DNA from: an uncultured virus (IMG/VR IMGVR_UViG_2838114448_000008)
Taxonomy: Duplodnaviria > Heunggongvirae > Uroviricota > Caudoviricetes
Direction: 5' to 3' (one strand)
Length of the DNA stretch: 64,000 nucleotides
IMG/VR virus record: IMGVR_UViG_2838114448_000008
Shown in pieces: positions 39,068 to 49,300 of the stretch. The notes under the pieces were generated by a model. The model made no database searches. It worked only from the letters and a program-made list of their open reading frames with translations, and was not told the origin of the DNA. The translations under genes were made by a program, and so were the position numbers. How positions within the stretch are numbered: position 1 is the stretch's first letter; each line of letters begins with the position of its first letter.

Positions 39068-39090
39068 GGCCAGGATGACCGCCAACCACG

Positions 39091-41058
39091 ATGGAGGCGG
39101 TGCGCATGCCGGGGCTGAGTTCAATCCGCAGCGTTGCGAATGCGATGGACCGCGCCGGCCCGCCCGGTACGGATCTGGTCCACCTGAACACCGAAGAGAT
39201 GGCGGCGCTGGTGCGCGCCGGCTTTCCCGCCCGCCGCGCGGCCGATGGCACCCTGGCGTTCCCGGATGCGCCGGCCGACGCCGTGGCCCGCGCGGGCGTG
39301 CGCGGTGACACCGAGGTGGCCCACGCCGGCAAACAGGCACGGCGCGCCCTGAAAGCCGCCGGTGGCGAGGGCAGTCGCAACCCGACCACGGGCAAGCGGC
39401 AGTACGCCAAAGGCGGCAACAGCGGGAGCGATTCATCAGGCAGCGACAGCGACAGGGGTGGGAACGACGGCCAATCCGGCAAGGATCGAGGCTCCGGCCG
39501 CACGGGGTCCAGCGACAACAGCCGGGATAGCATTGGCTCCGATGCAGCGACCGGAGGCAAGGGTGGACGGGGCGAGCGAGGCACCGGAGGCGGTTCGTCC
39601 AACGGCCGAACCCTGACCAGCCGCATGGCGGACGTCGGTGTCGACGCCACGGCAGGCGGGCGCTACGGCATCGACGACATCAGCCGCGACATCATGTCCC
39701 AGGCCATGGACTATGACGACATCGGCAATACGGTCATGGAGGACGTCGGGAACGCCGCTCTAAGCCTGACGACAGGCGTTCGCGAAATGGCCCCCTCGCT
39801 CGAGCGCGCGCAAGCGAACCTTGAGACCGGACAGACCGGCGCTCACTGGGGGGTCGACCCTGTCGCAGCGGCAGTTGGTATCGGTTCCTTCGCATTGGGA
39901 GGTCCTCCGGGGCTCGGTGCGCTGACCGAGTTGGCGTTCGGGGACATGGTGCCGGACGTTGACCTTGGCCCGGATGTGTTCGGCGGCCAGGGCACACCAA
40001 ACGCGACGACCGACGCAACCGCACCGATGGCATCGACCGGAACCCCATCCTACGCCGACAGCCGGGATGGCCAGGACGCCCCGGTCGCACCGGACGAGGG
40101 TGGTGCCGAGGACGAGGACCCAGCCGAAAAGACGGTCGAGGAGCGCGCCTACTTCCTCCCCTCCTACGTCCGCCCAGACAGCATGCAGGAGAGCGACGCC
40201 ATGGCCTGGAACACGGGTGGTCCGCCCGGACGCGGCCTGTCCAGCATTGTGTCCGCGCAGGGGCGGTACGGCGACACCGAGACCGCCCACCTGAGCCCCG
40301 CCGCCCAGGACGCCCTGCGCTGGCTGGGTGGATCGGGCTCGCGCAATCCCACCACGGGGAAGCGCGAGTTTTTCGACGCCGACTACTACCTATCGCAGAA
40401 CCCGGACGTGGCCGAATCTGGAATGAACCCGCTCACCCATTACCAGACATACGGATACGCCGAAGGCCGCGCCGGGCAGGCCACGCCCTCGGGCTTCAAC
40501 GCCAAGCGCTACCTGGAGGGCAACCCGGACGTGGCGGAGGCCGGCGTGGACGCCTATTCGCACTGGGTTGATCACGGCCGAGGCGAAGGGCGCCCGATCC
40601 ACGCCCCGACCGGCGATGGCCCCGGAACGATGACCGGGCCGCAGTTCGAAAAGGACTATCTGGCCGCCAACCCGGACGTCGCCGAGGCGGTCAAGGCTGG
40701 TCAGTTCAAGTCCGGCGCCGAACATCACCTATTGCACGGCCTGGACGAAAACCGCCCTACGTCGGTGCCCACCAAACCCGAGGATCCCGCCCCCGAGGAT
40801 CCCGCACCGGATTTCGAGACCATCCTGAACAATGCCATCTCTGGCATCCAGGACTACTACACCTCCTATATCGACGATCTCCTCGGCTCTGGCGCTAACG
40901 GTGGCGGGAACGGCAACAGCAGCGGTAGCGGCAACGGCAGTGGCGATGATGGCGGCGGGTCGTCCGGGACCGGGGGTGACCTGTCGAGCGGGCCGCTATT
41001 CCAGACGCCACGATACCGGACCGGCCGCTATCGCGGCACGTCCGCGCTGGGCTTCTAG
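39091..41058 (+). CDS. Putative internal virion/ejection protein with repeats
   Basis: Two GDTE.AH...GG.GSRNPTTGKR units and three YL..NPDVA...H...G..E.R units. Confidence 0.65.
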   Translation: MEAVRMPGLSSIRSVANAMDRAGPPGTDLVHLNTEEMAALVRAGFPARRAADGTLAFPDAPADAVARAGVRGDTEVAHAGKQARRALKAAGGEGSRNPTTGKRQYAKGGNSGSDSSGSDSDRGGNDGQSGKDRGSGRTGSSDNSRDSIGSDAATGGKGGRGERGTGGGSSNGRTLTSRMADVGVDATAGGRYGIDDISRDIMSQAMDYDDIGNTVMEDVGNAALSLTTGVREMAPSLERAQANLETGQTGAHWGVDPVAAAVGIGSFALGGPPGLGALTELAFGDMVPDVDLGPDVFGGQGTPNATTDATAPMASTGTPSYADSRDGQDAPVAPDEGGAEDEDPAEKTVEERAYFLPSYVRPDSMQESDAMAWNTGGPPGRGLSSIVSAQGRYGDTETAHLSPAAQDALRWLGGSGSRNPTTGKREFFDADYYLSQNPDVAESGMNPLTHYQTYGYAEGRAGQATPSGFNAKRYLEGNPDVAEAGVDAYSHWVDHGRGEGRPIHAPTGDGPGTMTGPQFEKDYLAANPDVAEAVKAGQFKSGAEHHLLHGLDENRPTSVPTKPEDPAPEDPAPDFETILNNAISGIQDYYTSYIDDLLGSGANGGGNGNSSGSGNGSGDDGGGSSGTGGDLSSGPLFQTPRYRTGRYRGTSALGF

Positions 41059-41069
41059 GGGGGAGTCCG

Positions 41070-42248
41070 ATGGGCCTTTTCACCGACTTGGCCACGGCCG
41101 TGATCCCCAGCCTCATCAGCGGCGGCGTGGCGCTGTATGGCTCGTCGAAGGCGCGCGACGCGAACCGTCAGGCCGCCAACGACTACGCCGTGGGCGCCCA
41201 GGAAGGCGCCGATATCCTGTCCGCCGGGCAGGTGGAGGCCCTGGACTACCTCCTTGGGGCCAACGATCAGGTCCGGGGGATCTTTGAGCAGGCGCTGGCG
41301 GCGGGGCAAACCCAACTGGAAGCCGCTGCCACGGCCTATGGCGCGGCCACCCAGGGCGGATTGGCATCCTACAGCGACCTGCTTCAGGCGGGCCTGACGG
41401 ACTATGGCGCGCTCACCGGCCAGACCCTGGGTGCGACGGTGGACACCCTCGGCCAGGGGTCCCGTGCGGCCATGGGAACCGTGGACGCCGGTCGAGATGC
41501 GGTGGCCGCCGAATATGCGCCCTACCAGGAGGCCGGGCGCGACGCCTTGGCCCAGCTTCGCGCCGTCGCGCTGTCCGACCCGGGCGCTTTGACCCCGTCC
41601 CAGCAACGCCTTGTCGAGGACACCCGGGCCGACATGCGGGCGCGCCTCGCGGCCTCCGGCCTACGCGGGGCCGGCCGGGCCGGGGTCGCCACCTTCAACG
41701 ATGGCGACGCCGCCCTCGCCGCGCGCCTCCACGACCAGAACCAGGATCGCATCGACCGCGCCACCGAAACGCTCGGCCGCTACGGCTATGGGGCGACGGG
41801 ATCGGTCGCGGACGCCACGCAGACCGCCGCCCTGACCAACGCCAACACGCTGCTGCGCACGGCCGGCCAACAGGCGGACGCCATCACCGCGGCGGGCCAG
41901 CGGATGGCGAACGCACGGCTGGACACATCGCGCGACGTCGCAGGCGCCACCCTGGATACCGCGCGCGACGTCGCCAGCAACACCCAGCGCCTCAGCCTCG
42001 CCGGCAGCCAGATGGGGCAAGACTACTTCCGCCAGCTTGCCGATCTGGCGACCTCCGACGCCAGCCTGCGGGCCGACGCGACCACCAGCATCGCCGAGGC
42101 GCAGGCCGGGGCGAAGTCGAACGCCAGCTACATGGGCGCCCAGGCGAACATCGCCAACTCGGATTCGAGCAACCGGCTGTACGGGACGCTCGCGGCCATC
42201 AGCAGCGACGCGATCAAGAAAGCGTTGGAAGCCTACGGGAAGGATTGA
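41070..42248 (+). CDS. Ejection (DNA transfer) protein
   Basis: Ala/Gly-rich, APYQEAG..AL, AASGLRG.G; P22 gp7-like position. Confidence 0.65.
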   Translation: MGLFTDLATAVIPSLISGGVALYGSSKARDANRQAANDYAVGAQEGADILSAGQVEALDYLLGANDQVRGIFEQALAAGQTQLEAAATAYGAATQGGLASYSDLLQAGLTDYGALTGQTLGATVDTLGQGSRAAMGTVDAGRDAVAAEYAPYQEAGRDALAQLRAVALSDPGALTPSQQRLVEDTRADMRARLAASGLRGAGRAGVATFNDGDAALAARLHDQNQDRIDRATETLGRYGYGATGSVADATQTAALTNANTLLRTAGQQADAITAAGQRMANARLDTSRDVAGATLDTARDVASNTQRLSLAGSQMGQDYFRQLADLATSDASLRADATTSIAEAQAGAKSNASYMGAQANIANSDSSNRLYGTLAAISSDAIKKALEAYGKD

Positions 42249-43354
42249 CCATGGCTCTCCCCCCTCCGACCCGCATTCCCCGCCCGGGCCCTTCATCTGC
42301 CGCCATCCTGCCGCGCCCCGGCGGCCTCCGGTTCATCCGGGGCAATCCGATGATGGAGGGTTTCCAGGCGCAAGAGCAGCGCAACGCCCAGGCCGACGAA
42401 CGCGCCCGGATCGACGACCAGCGGCGCCGGCAAACCCAGTTGGCGGGCCTTCAGGCCGATGCCGCCAGCGCCCGCGCGGCCGGCCAGGATCCCTTCTGGC
42501 GCGAGAACCATCAGGCCAAACTGGCGGCCGCCGGCTTCGGTGGCGAAGCCCTGGCCAGCATGGACCAACACCAGGACCGCGAGGAACAGGCTTACAAGCA
42601 GGTCTTCGAGTTGGCGGCGCAGGGCAATGCGGCGGGCGCGAAAGCCCTCGCTCAGCGGGCTGGACTGGAATGGTCCCCTGACCTGGACAAGGCCGTTTCC
42701 GACCGCCGCGCCGCGACGATCTTCAAGGAGATCGCCGACTTCGGGGCATCGCACGCGACCCAATGGGCGCAGGCCTATGGAGCCGCCCGCGTCGGCGGCG
42801 CCTCCCCCTGGGACGCGGCCGCTCAGGCCGGGCCGGTTCCCCCGAAACCAACCACCCGCGCTCCATCCGCCCTGCGCAATGTCGAGATGCTGGACGCCGA
42901 GGGCCAGCCGGTCCTGGGCACGTTTGATCCCAACACCGGCCAGTACACGCCGTCTGACCAGCGCGCCCCGACCCGGCCGTCCGCCGCACGCGACCCCTCG
43001 TTGGTGCTGTCTGACGCCCAGCGGGCTGCCCGAGCGCGCGCCGAATCGATGGCGACCGAAGCTGATCCCAATCGGATGACGGGCGCGCGCGAAGAGGTGT
43101 TTAACGCACAGGAGTACCAGCGGATCTACCCGCAAATCCTGGCCGAAGAAATGCGCCTCCGAGGCCTTGATCCGAGCATGACCCAACACGCCCCGGCTGC
43201 GCCGCCGCCCCACACGCCATCCGCGACCCGCCCCCCTGCGGGTCAGACACCCCAGAATCGCGAGCAGGCCGCCTTGGCTATCCGGGCACGCCTGCAGGCC
43301 GGTGAGATCACCCGAGAGCAGGCCATGCAGCAGCTTCGGGAGATGGGCTACTGA
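42245..43354 (+). CDS. Ejection protein
   Basis: Gln/Ala-rich, coupled to both neighbours, ends MGY before the giant gene. Confidence 0.55.
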   Translation: MTMALPPPTRIPRPGPSSAAILPRPGGLRFIRGNPMMEGFQAQEQRNAQADERARIDDQRRRQTQLAGLQADAASARAAGQDPFWRENHQAKLAAAGFGGEALASMDQHQDREEQAYKQVFELAAQGNAAGAKALAQRAGLEWSPDLDKAVSDRRAATIFKEIADFGASHATQWAQAYGAARVGGASPWDAAAQAGPVPPKPTTRAPSALRNVEMLDAEGQPVLGTFDPNTGQYTPSDQRAPTRPSAARDPSLVLSDAQRAARARAESMATEADPNRMTGAREEVFNAQEYQRIYPQILAEEMRLRGLDPSMTQHAPAAPPPHTPSATRPPAGQTPQNREQAALAIRARLQAGEITREQAMQQLREMGY

Positions 43355-46300
43355 TGGCCAGCGACACCGACCTGAGCGCGTTCTTGGACGGCCAGACCGA
43401 CCACCTTCCGCCTCCCGAAGGGGCCCCGTCCCTTGACGCCTTCCTGGACGGCGAAACCGCCCACCTGCCGCCGCCAGGTGGAGCGGCCTCGCTCGATGCG
43501 TTCCTGGACGCCGGCGCGCCCGACACCCCATTGCCTCCCGCGCCGCCGGAAACGTGGCTCGGCTGGGGGCGGGAGGGGCTGGAGACCGGTTTCAGCCAGG
43601 CGGTCCGCTCGTTCGGCATTGCGGCCGGCCGCGAGAGCACTCCGGATACCATCGCCGAGGCCTACCGCAACCGTGGCCCGGTCCCGGAGGGGCTCGCCGA
43701 TATCGAGGCGCGAATCGCGCCGGCGGGCGACCGCTTGTCCGAAGCGGCCCAGAGGTATCGCGAGGGGTGGCGTGAGCCGTTCTCGGCCGTCCGGCCTGGG
43801 GAACGAGAAGACCCGCCGGACGCCGATCCTCCCGGCACGTGGGTTTCCCGCCAACTGGACCTGTTGCGCGCGGCCGGCGGCTTTGTCGGGGCCATCGGCG
43901 AGGCCGCCGTGGAAGACCCGAAGGCCACATCCTACGTCATCGGGCAAGGCTTAGGTACGTCGGCGCCTGGGGTCGGAGCCGGATTGGCAGGGGCCTTCGC
44001 GGGCTCGTTGGCTGGCCCGGCCGGGTCCGCCATCGGTGGCCTCGGCGCCATGGGGGCCACCAACACCGCCATGGAAATGGGCCTATGGGTGGAAGGGGCC
44101 GTGCTGGAGCGGGCCCAGGACCTCGGCCTTGACCCGGAGGATCCCGCGTCCATTCGGCAGGCGATGCAGGACGAAACCTTCGTCCAGAACGCCCGCGCCG
44201 AGGGCCTGCGCAAGGGCTTCACCACGGCCGCGGTCGACACCGCGATTTCCGTTGTGACAGGCGGCGTGTCCCGACTCGTCCAGCCGGCGTCTCACCTGGG
44301 GCGGGCCGTCAAGGGTGGCGGCATGTTCGCCATCGAAACCGTCGGCGAGGGCGTATCCGAGGAAGCGGGCGGGTACGCCGCAACGGGCGAGGTGGACCTG
44401 ACCAACGCCGGCATGGAGATGCTCGGCGGTGCGGGCGCCGGAGCGATCCATGCCGGCGGGATCGGCTTGGTCGAGCGTATGACACGGCCGCCCCCACCTC
44501 CCCCCGGGGGGGACGAAGAGGGTTCGGACACCGATACACGGGCGGGCGCGGGCGAACCCCCAGCACCGCCGCCTCCTCTTCCGCCCGGCCCGAAACCGGA
44601 ACCGGGCGCCCGTGTGACCGCGACGATTGCCGGCGAAGAGTCCCCGATCCTGGGCACCGTGGAATCCGTCGACGATCAGGGCGGCGCCATGGTCCGCATG
44701 GCCGACACCGGGGACCTGGAACCCTTCGACGTCCGCGATCTGCGCCCGCTGTCCGAGGCCGATGAAATCCGCACGGTCCTGGGCGAGAACACCCTTCCGC
44801 CCGGCTCGGAAACGTCGACCCCGCCCTCGCCGGCCCCGGACGAGCTTGACCGCGTGCTCAACAGCGATCAGCCGGTCGACACGATCATCGCCGACGCCGA
44901 CGGCCTCCCAACTGGCCGCCAGCGGGTGACCCTGCCCTCCGGCGAGACCTTCGAGGCGGACGTGCAGCCCCTGCCCGACGGGCAGATTCGCGCGGAAACT
45001 TCGGATGGCGACGTGCTGGTGTTCGGTGCGGAGGATGGCGCGCGGTTCGAGCCGGTCGACGCCAGCCCGGAGACGCCGTCCCGTCCCGAACATCCGGACA
45101 CCACGGTCCCCGCCGCGCTTCAGCCGGACGTCGATGCGCTGATAAACCAAGGGTGGGATCCGTTGGACGCCCGGGACGAGGTCATGGAGCGCGCGGCCCT
45201 GCGCGATGACACCCCCCTGCCACTGGACGACATCGGCGCGATCGAAGCCGATGACCGCGCGCCCTCCATGCCGACCCCACCCGCCGCCCCGGCATTTGAG
45301 GGCATGCAGCAGGGCCGGCGGCTGACCGATGCGGAGATTGGGCTTGAATCCGCTGCCGCCGCAGAGCCGGAAACAGCGCGCGATCGCCTCGACGCCGCCA
45401 TAGAGGACGAACGGGCGGCGGAGGCCGATCTCTTCGCCAGTATGAACGACCAGACGATTGCGGCATGGACGGCCGCCAGCGAGCGCCGCGCCGCTGCGCA
45501 AGCGGCTCTTGACCCAACACCGAATCCCGTCGCGCCGGACGCTGGCATGTCTTCGCGCATTCCGGCCATGCCGGGCGGGGGGCTTCGGCGCGAAGCTGTG
45601 GGCATGGGGGAGATGCTGAATTGGGACCGGCCGCTTGATGGAGCGACCGTCTCAGAACGACCGGGGGCGTTTGAACCGCAAGGGTCATCTGTGTCGCAGG
45701 CGCCCCCAAGTGCGGACCATGCCGCATGGTGGGACAGCCTTTCGCCTGATGACCGGCGCCGTGTCGTGGGTGGATCAGGTTGGAAAACTCGCGCCGGACA
45801 TCTTTCGCAACTGGGGCGCAAAATTGCCAGCCGGTTGTGGGACGAACATCCCGACACCGTAAAGGCCACCCTCGCGCGGGCGATGCCGCCCAGCGGGCGC
45901 GGGATCACACTGTTTGGTCGGAATACGGCGTCACCCGACACGCCTCCGTCGCCCCCTGTTCAACCGCCGGCCCAGCGGTCACCCCGCCCCTCCCGTCGAC
46001 GCGCCCCCAAGGCCCCCCCGCTCATAGACCGCTTGGAAAACTACTTCCGGCCGGGGCGGATCGTTCGCGGCTATGCCGGCCAGGATCGCGTGGAGCGCTT
46101 CGATCGCCAGCCCGATGGCAGGTGGAGCGTCACGGTTCATCACGTGGACAACGATGGCAACCGAGCCGGCCGCAGTCGCACGCACATGACGCCACCGGAT
46201 GATCGTGCGCTTCAGGCTTGGGAGCGGGACAACCCATTGGTGGCGGCAACCGACGAGCCACCCACGGGTGGCGGCGCGATCGAGACCCCGCCCGAATGGG

Positions 46301-49300
46301 ATGCGCCGGATAAGGCGCCCCGGCCCTCGCAGACTGAACAGCCGGCCCCGGACAAAGCGAGCGCCCCAGTCCCATCACGCATTGAGGACTTCGGCGAGAA
46401 ACTGGAGGGAGCACGGAAAGATTACGCGACCAAGCTGCGCGACGCCCAGGCCGTGGACTTGATCGCAGAGCCGCTCTCCAAAGCCTGGCCCGAGCCCGAC
46501 TACCAGAAGCTTCTGGATGCCGGCACGGATCGAACCATCGTTGCTTTCCTGCGCGCAGCCAGGGATGCCGTCCCTCCAAAGCCGCGCAAGTCGTGGAAGT
46601 TGAAGGAGTGGGTTCGTCAGGTCGAAACGCTTCGCAATGCGGCCAATACGATGATGGACGGCGACGGTCAGAAGATCGACCAGCTCATGACTGAACTGCG
46701 CCGTCGCAGGCCGTTGCAAAGCATTTTCAACGCCGTCGAACTGTACGAGGCTGTCGGACACCAGAAGTCCCTCAAGGGCGTGCGCATTTCTCGCGGCCAG
46801 TACAGCCTGTATGGCGGCAAGGAGTACAACCCGCCCATGGTCATGTGGACCATTGAGCGGGAGGCGAAGGCGACCGCGTTCGGAAACTGGCCGCACAAAC
46901 TGGCATCTGGTGAAACCCGCGAAGATGCCATCGACAACTTCAAGGCCAACTACGCCACCGTCGAAACGCAGCCAGAAGCCAAGAAACAGATCACGTTCGA
47001 CATCTACACCCGCGATGTGGCTGGGCGGGCCGCGGCAAAGAACGCCCGTTGGACGATCGGCAAGAAGATCGGTCGTGACCGCATAGACCTGAAGACCTTC
47101 GACACCATCCAGGAAGCGCGCGCCTATCTGACCGAGAATCAAACGGAACTGGAGCGGTTGCTTGCCGAGGCTCGTGATATTCCGAACGAGCGGCGCTCCA
47201 CCAACAGCCCCCGCGTGGGTGTGGATCACCGCGACGGCGCGGATGTTACGCCGGAGCAGTTCACCGAGGCGTTTGGGTTTCGTGGCGTCCAGTTCGGCAA
47301 TTGGGTGGAAGGGGACCGCCGCCAGCAAGATCTGAACGAAGCCTATGACGCCCTGATGGACCTCGCCGGTGTTCTGAACGTGCCGCCGCGCGCACTGTCC
47401 CTGAACGGGGAACTGGGGCTGGCTTTCGGAGCACGGGGGCGGGGCGGCAAGCAGCCTGCCAAGGCCCACTACGAGCCCGACACGATCGTCATCAACCTGA
47501 CGAAAAAGGCAGGCGCCGGCTCGCTGGCCCATGAGTGGTGGCATGCGCTGGACAACTACTTCTCCCGTCGTCGCGGGCAGTCCGGATACCTGACCAACGC
47601 CCCCTACGAGCGGCCGTCATACGATGCCGAGCGGAATAAGGTTCCGGACCCGACGCGGCCTGAGATGATCGACGCGTTTGCGAGCGTGATGCGCGCGATC
47701 AAGCAAACCTCTCTGTCCCAACGGTCCAGACACCTGGATAAGCGCCGGACCAAGGCCTATTGGGCGACCGACATCGAAATGTCGGCTCGGGCCTTCGAGA
47801 GCTACGTCATCAACAAGCTGGGCGACCAGGGGGCCGCCAACGACTATCTCGCCAACGTCGTCAGTGAGGATGCCTGGACGCTTGAGGGTGGCTATCCCTA
47901 CCCGACGGCCGGGGAAATCCCGGCAATCCGTGCAGCGTTCGACCACCTGTTCGACGTCATCGAGACCCGCGAGACGGCCGATGGCAATGTCGCTCTATTC
48001 AGCACGCGACACCCCACGTCGCCCCGCGCCGCGTCCCTGGCCTACACCGAGGCCGTTACGGCGGATGCGGTTCGCCTGCGCCGGCGCCTGAAAGCCAAGC
48101 TGCGTGAGATGGGGCTGGGCGACGTGGATGTGGTCATCGCCAACGATATCGGCGGCGGCACACGCAACGGCTTCTACTGGCGCGGCTTGATCGCGGTCGC
48201 CCTGGACCAGGGGCCCGACGCGGCCGAGGCCACGCTGGACCACGAAGCCATCCACGCCCTGCGCCGGCTCGGTCTCCTCAAGGGCGCCGACTGGCGGGCC
48301 TTGGAGCAGGCCGCCCGCGCGGAAGGCTGGATTACCAAGCACCGCGTGGCGAAACGCTACCCGGACCTCTCGGCCGAGCAGCAGCTTGAAGAGGCCATCG
48401 CCGACGAGTTCCGGACGCGCCGCGCCGGCAAACCCCACCGTCACGCCCTGGTCCGCCGAGCGTTGAACGTCATCGCCCGCATCCTCGACCGGATCCGCGA
48501 GGTGTTCACAGAGCGCGGCATGACGGCCGAAGACGTGTTCCGGCGCATTGAGACCGGGCGGGTGCGACAGGATAGGCGTGAGCGTCAAACCGGACCACGA
48601 GCGCGGCCGGATGAAAGCCGGACTGGCCCCTTCGGACCGGTATTCACCGGCTACCACCATGACGCACAGGGCGCCATTAAGCGGCTTCTGGAGGAAAAGA
48701 CGGGCGAAGCCGTGGCGGCCCTGTATCACCCCGAAATAGGCGACATCGATCTCGTCTGGGGACTAGAGGGCACCGGAGCCAGCAATGGATATGGCCTCGC
48801 CAAGCTGGCGCGCTGGCATCCCGAGGTCTTGGACGACCTACAAAGCATTCTGAGCGATATGCGGGTTGAGCAACGCGGCGGAAACAGGGTCCGATTGGCG
48901 TCCGAACGATACCGTGCCGTGGTTCGCCTGCAATGGGATAACCAAGCGAAAAATTGGCTGCTCACGGCCTTCGAAAAGAGAAGAAGCGGCATCGGCACGA
49001 CGACAGGCACTGCCGAACTTTCTGGTGGGGATGACACAGCTCGCTCCACCGCCGCTTCATCTCATAATGTAGACCAAAGCACGCCGGGGTTCCAGAGCCC
49101 TGACGAATCCCGCCGCCTCCCCGCCGACACGCCGACCCCGGATCAAGCCATCCGACAGGGCGAAGCCGGCCTTCGCGACCAGCGCACCACCCAGGGCCAG
49201 GGCGAGACCTTGGCCCACCAGCTCGGGCGTATCCGGTCCTACATCCTGCATCCGCGCATGATCGCCAGCCGGCACGCGGGCTTCGTGCCCGTCTACAACG

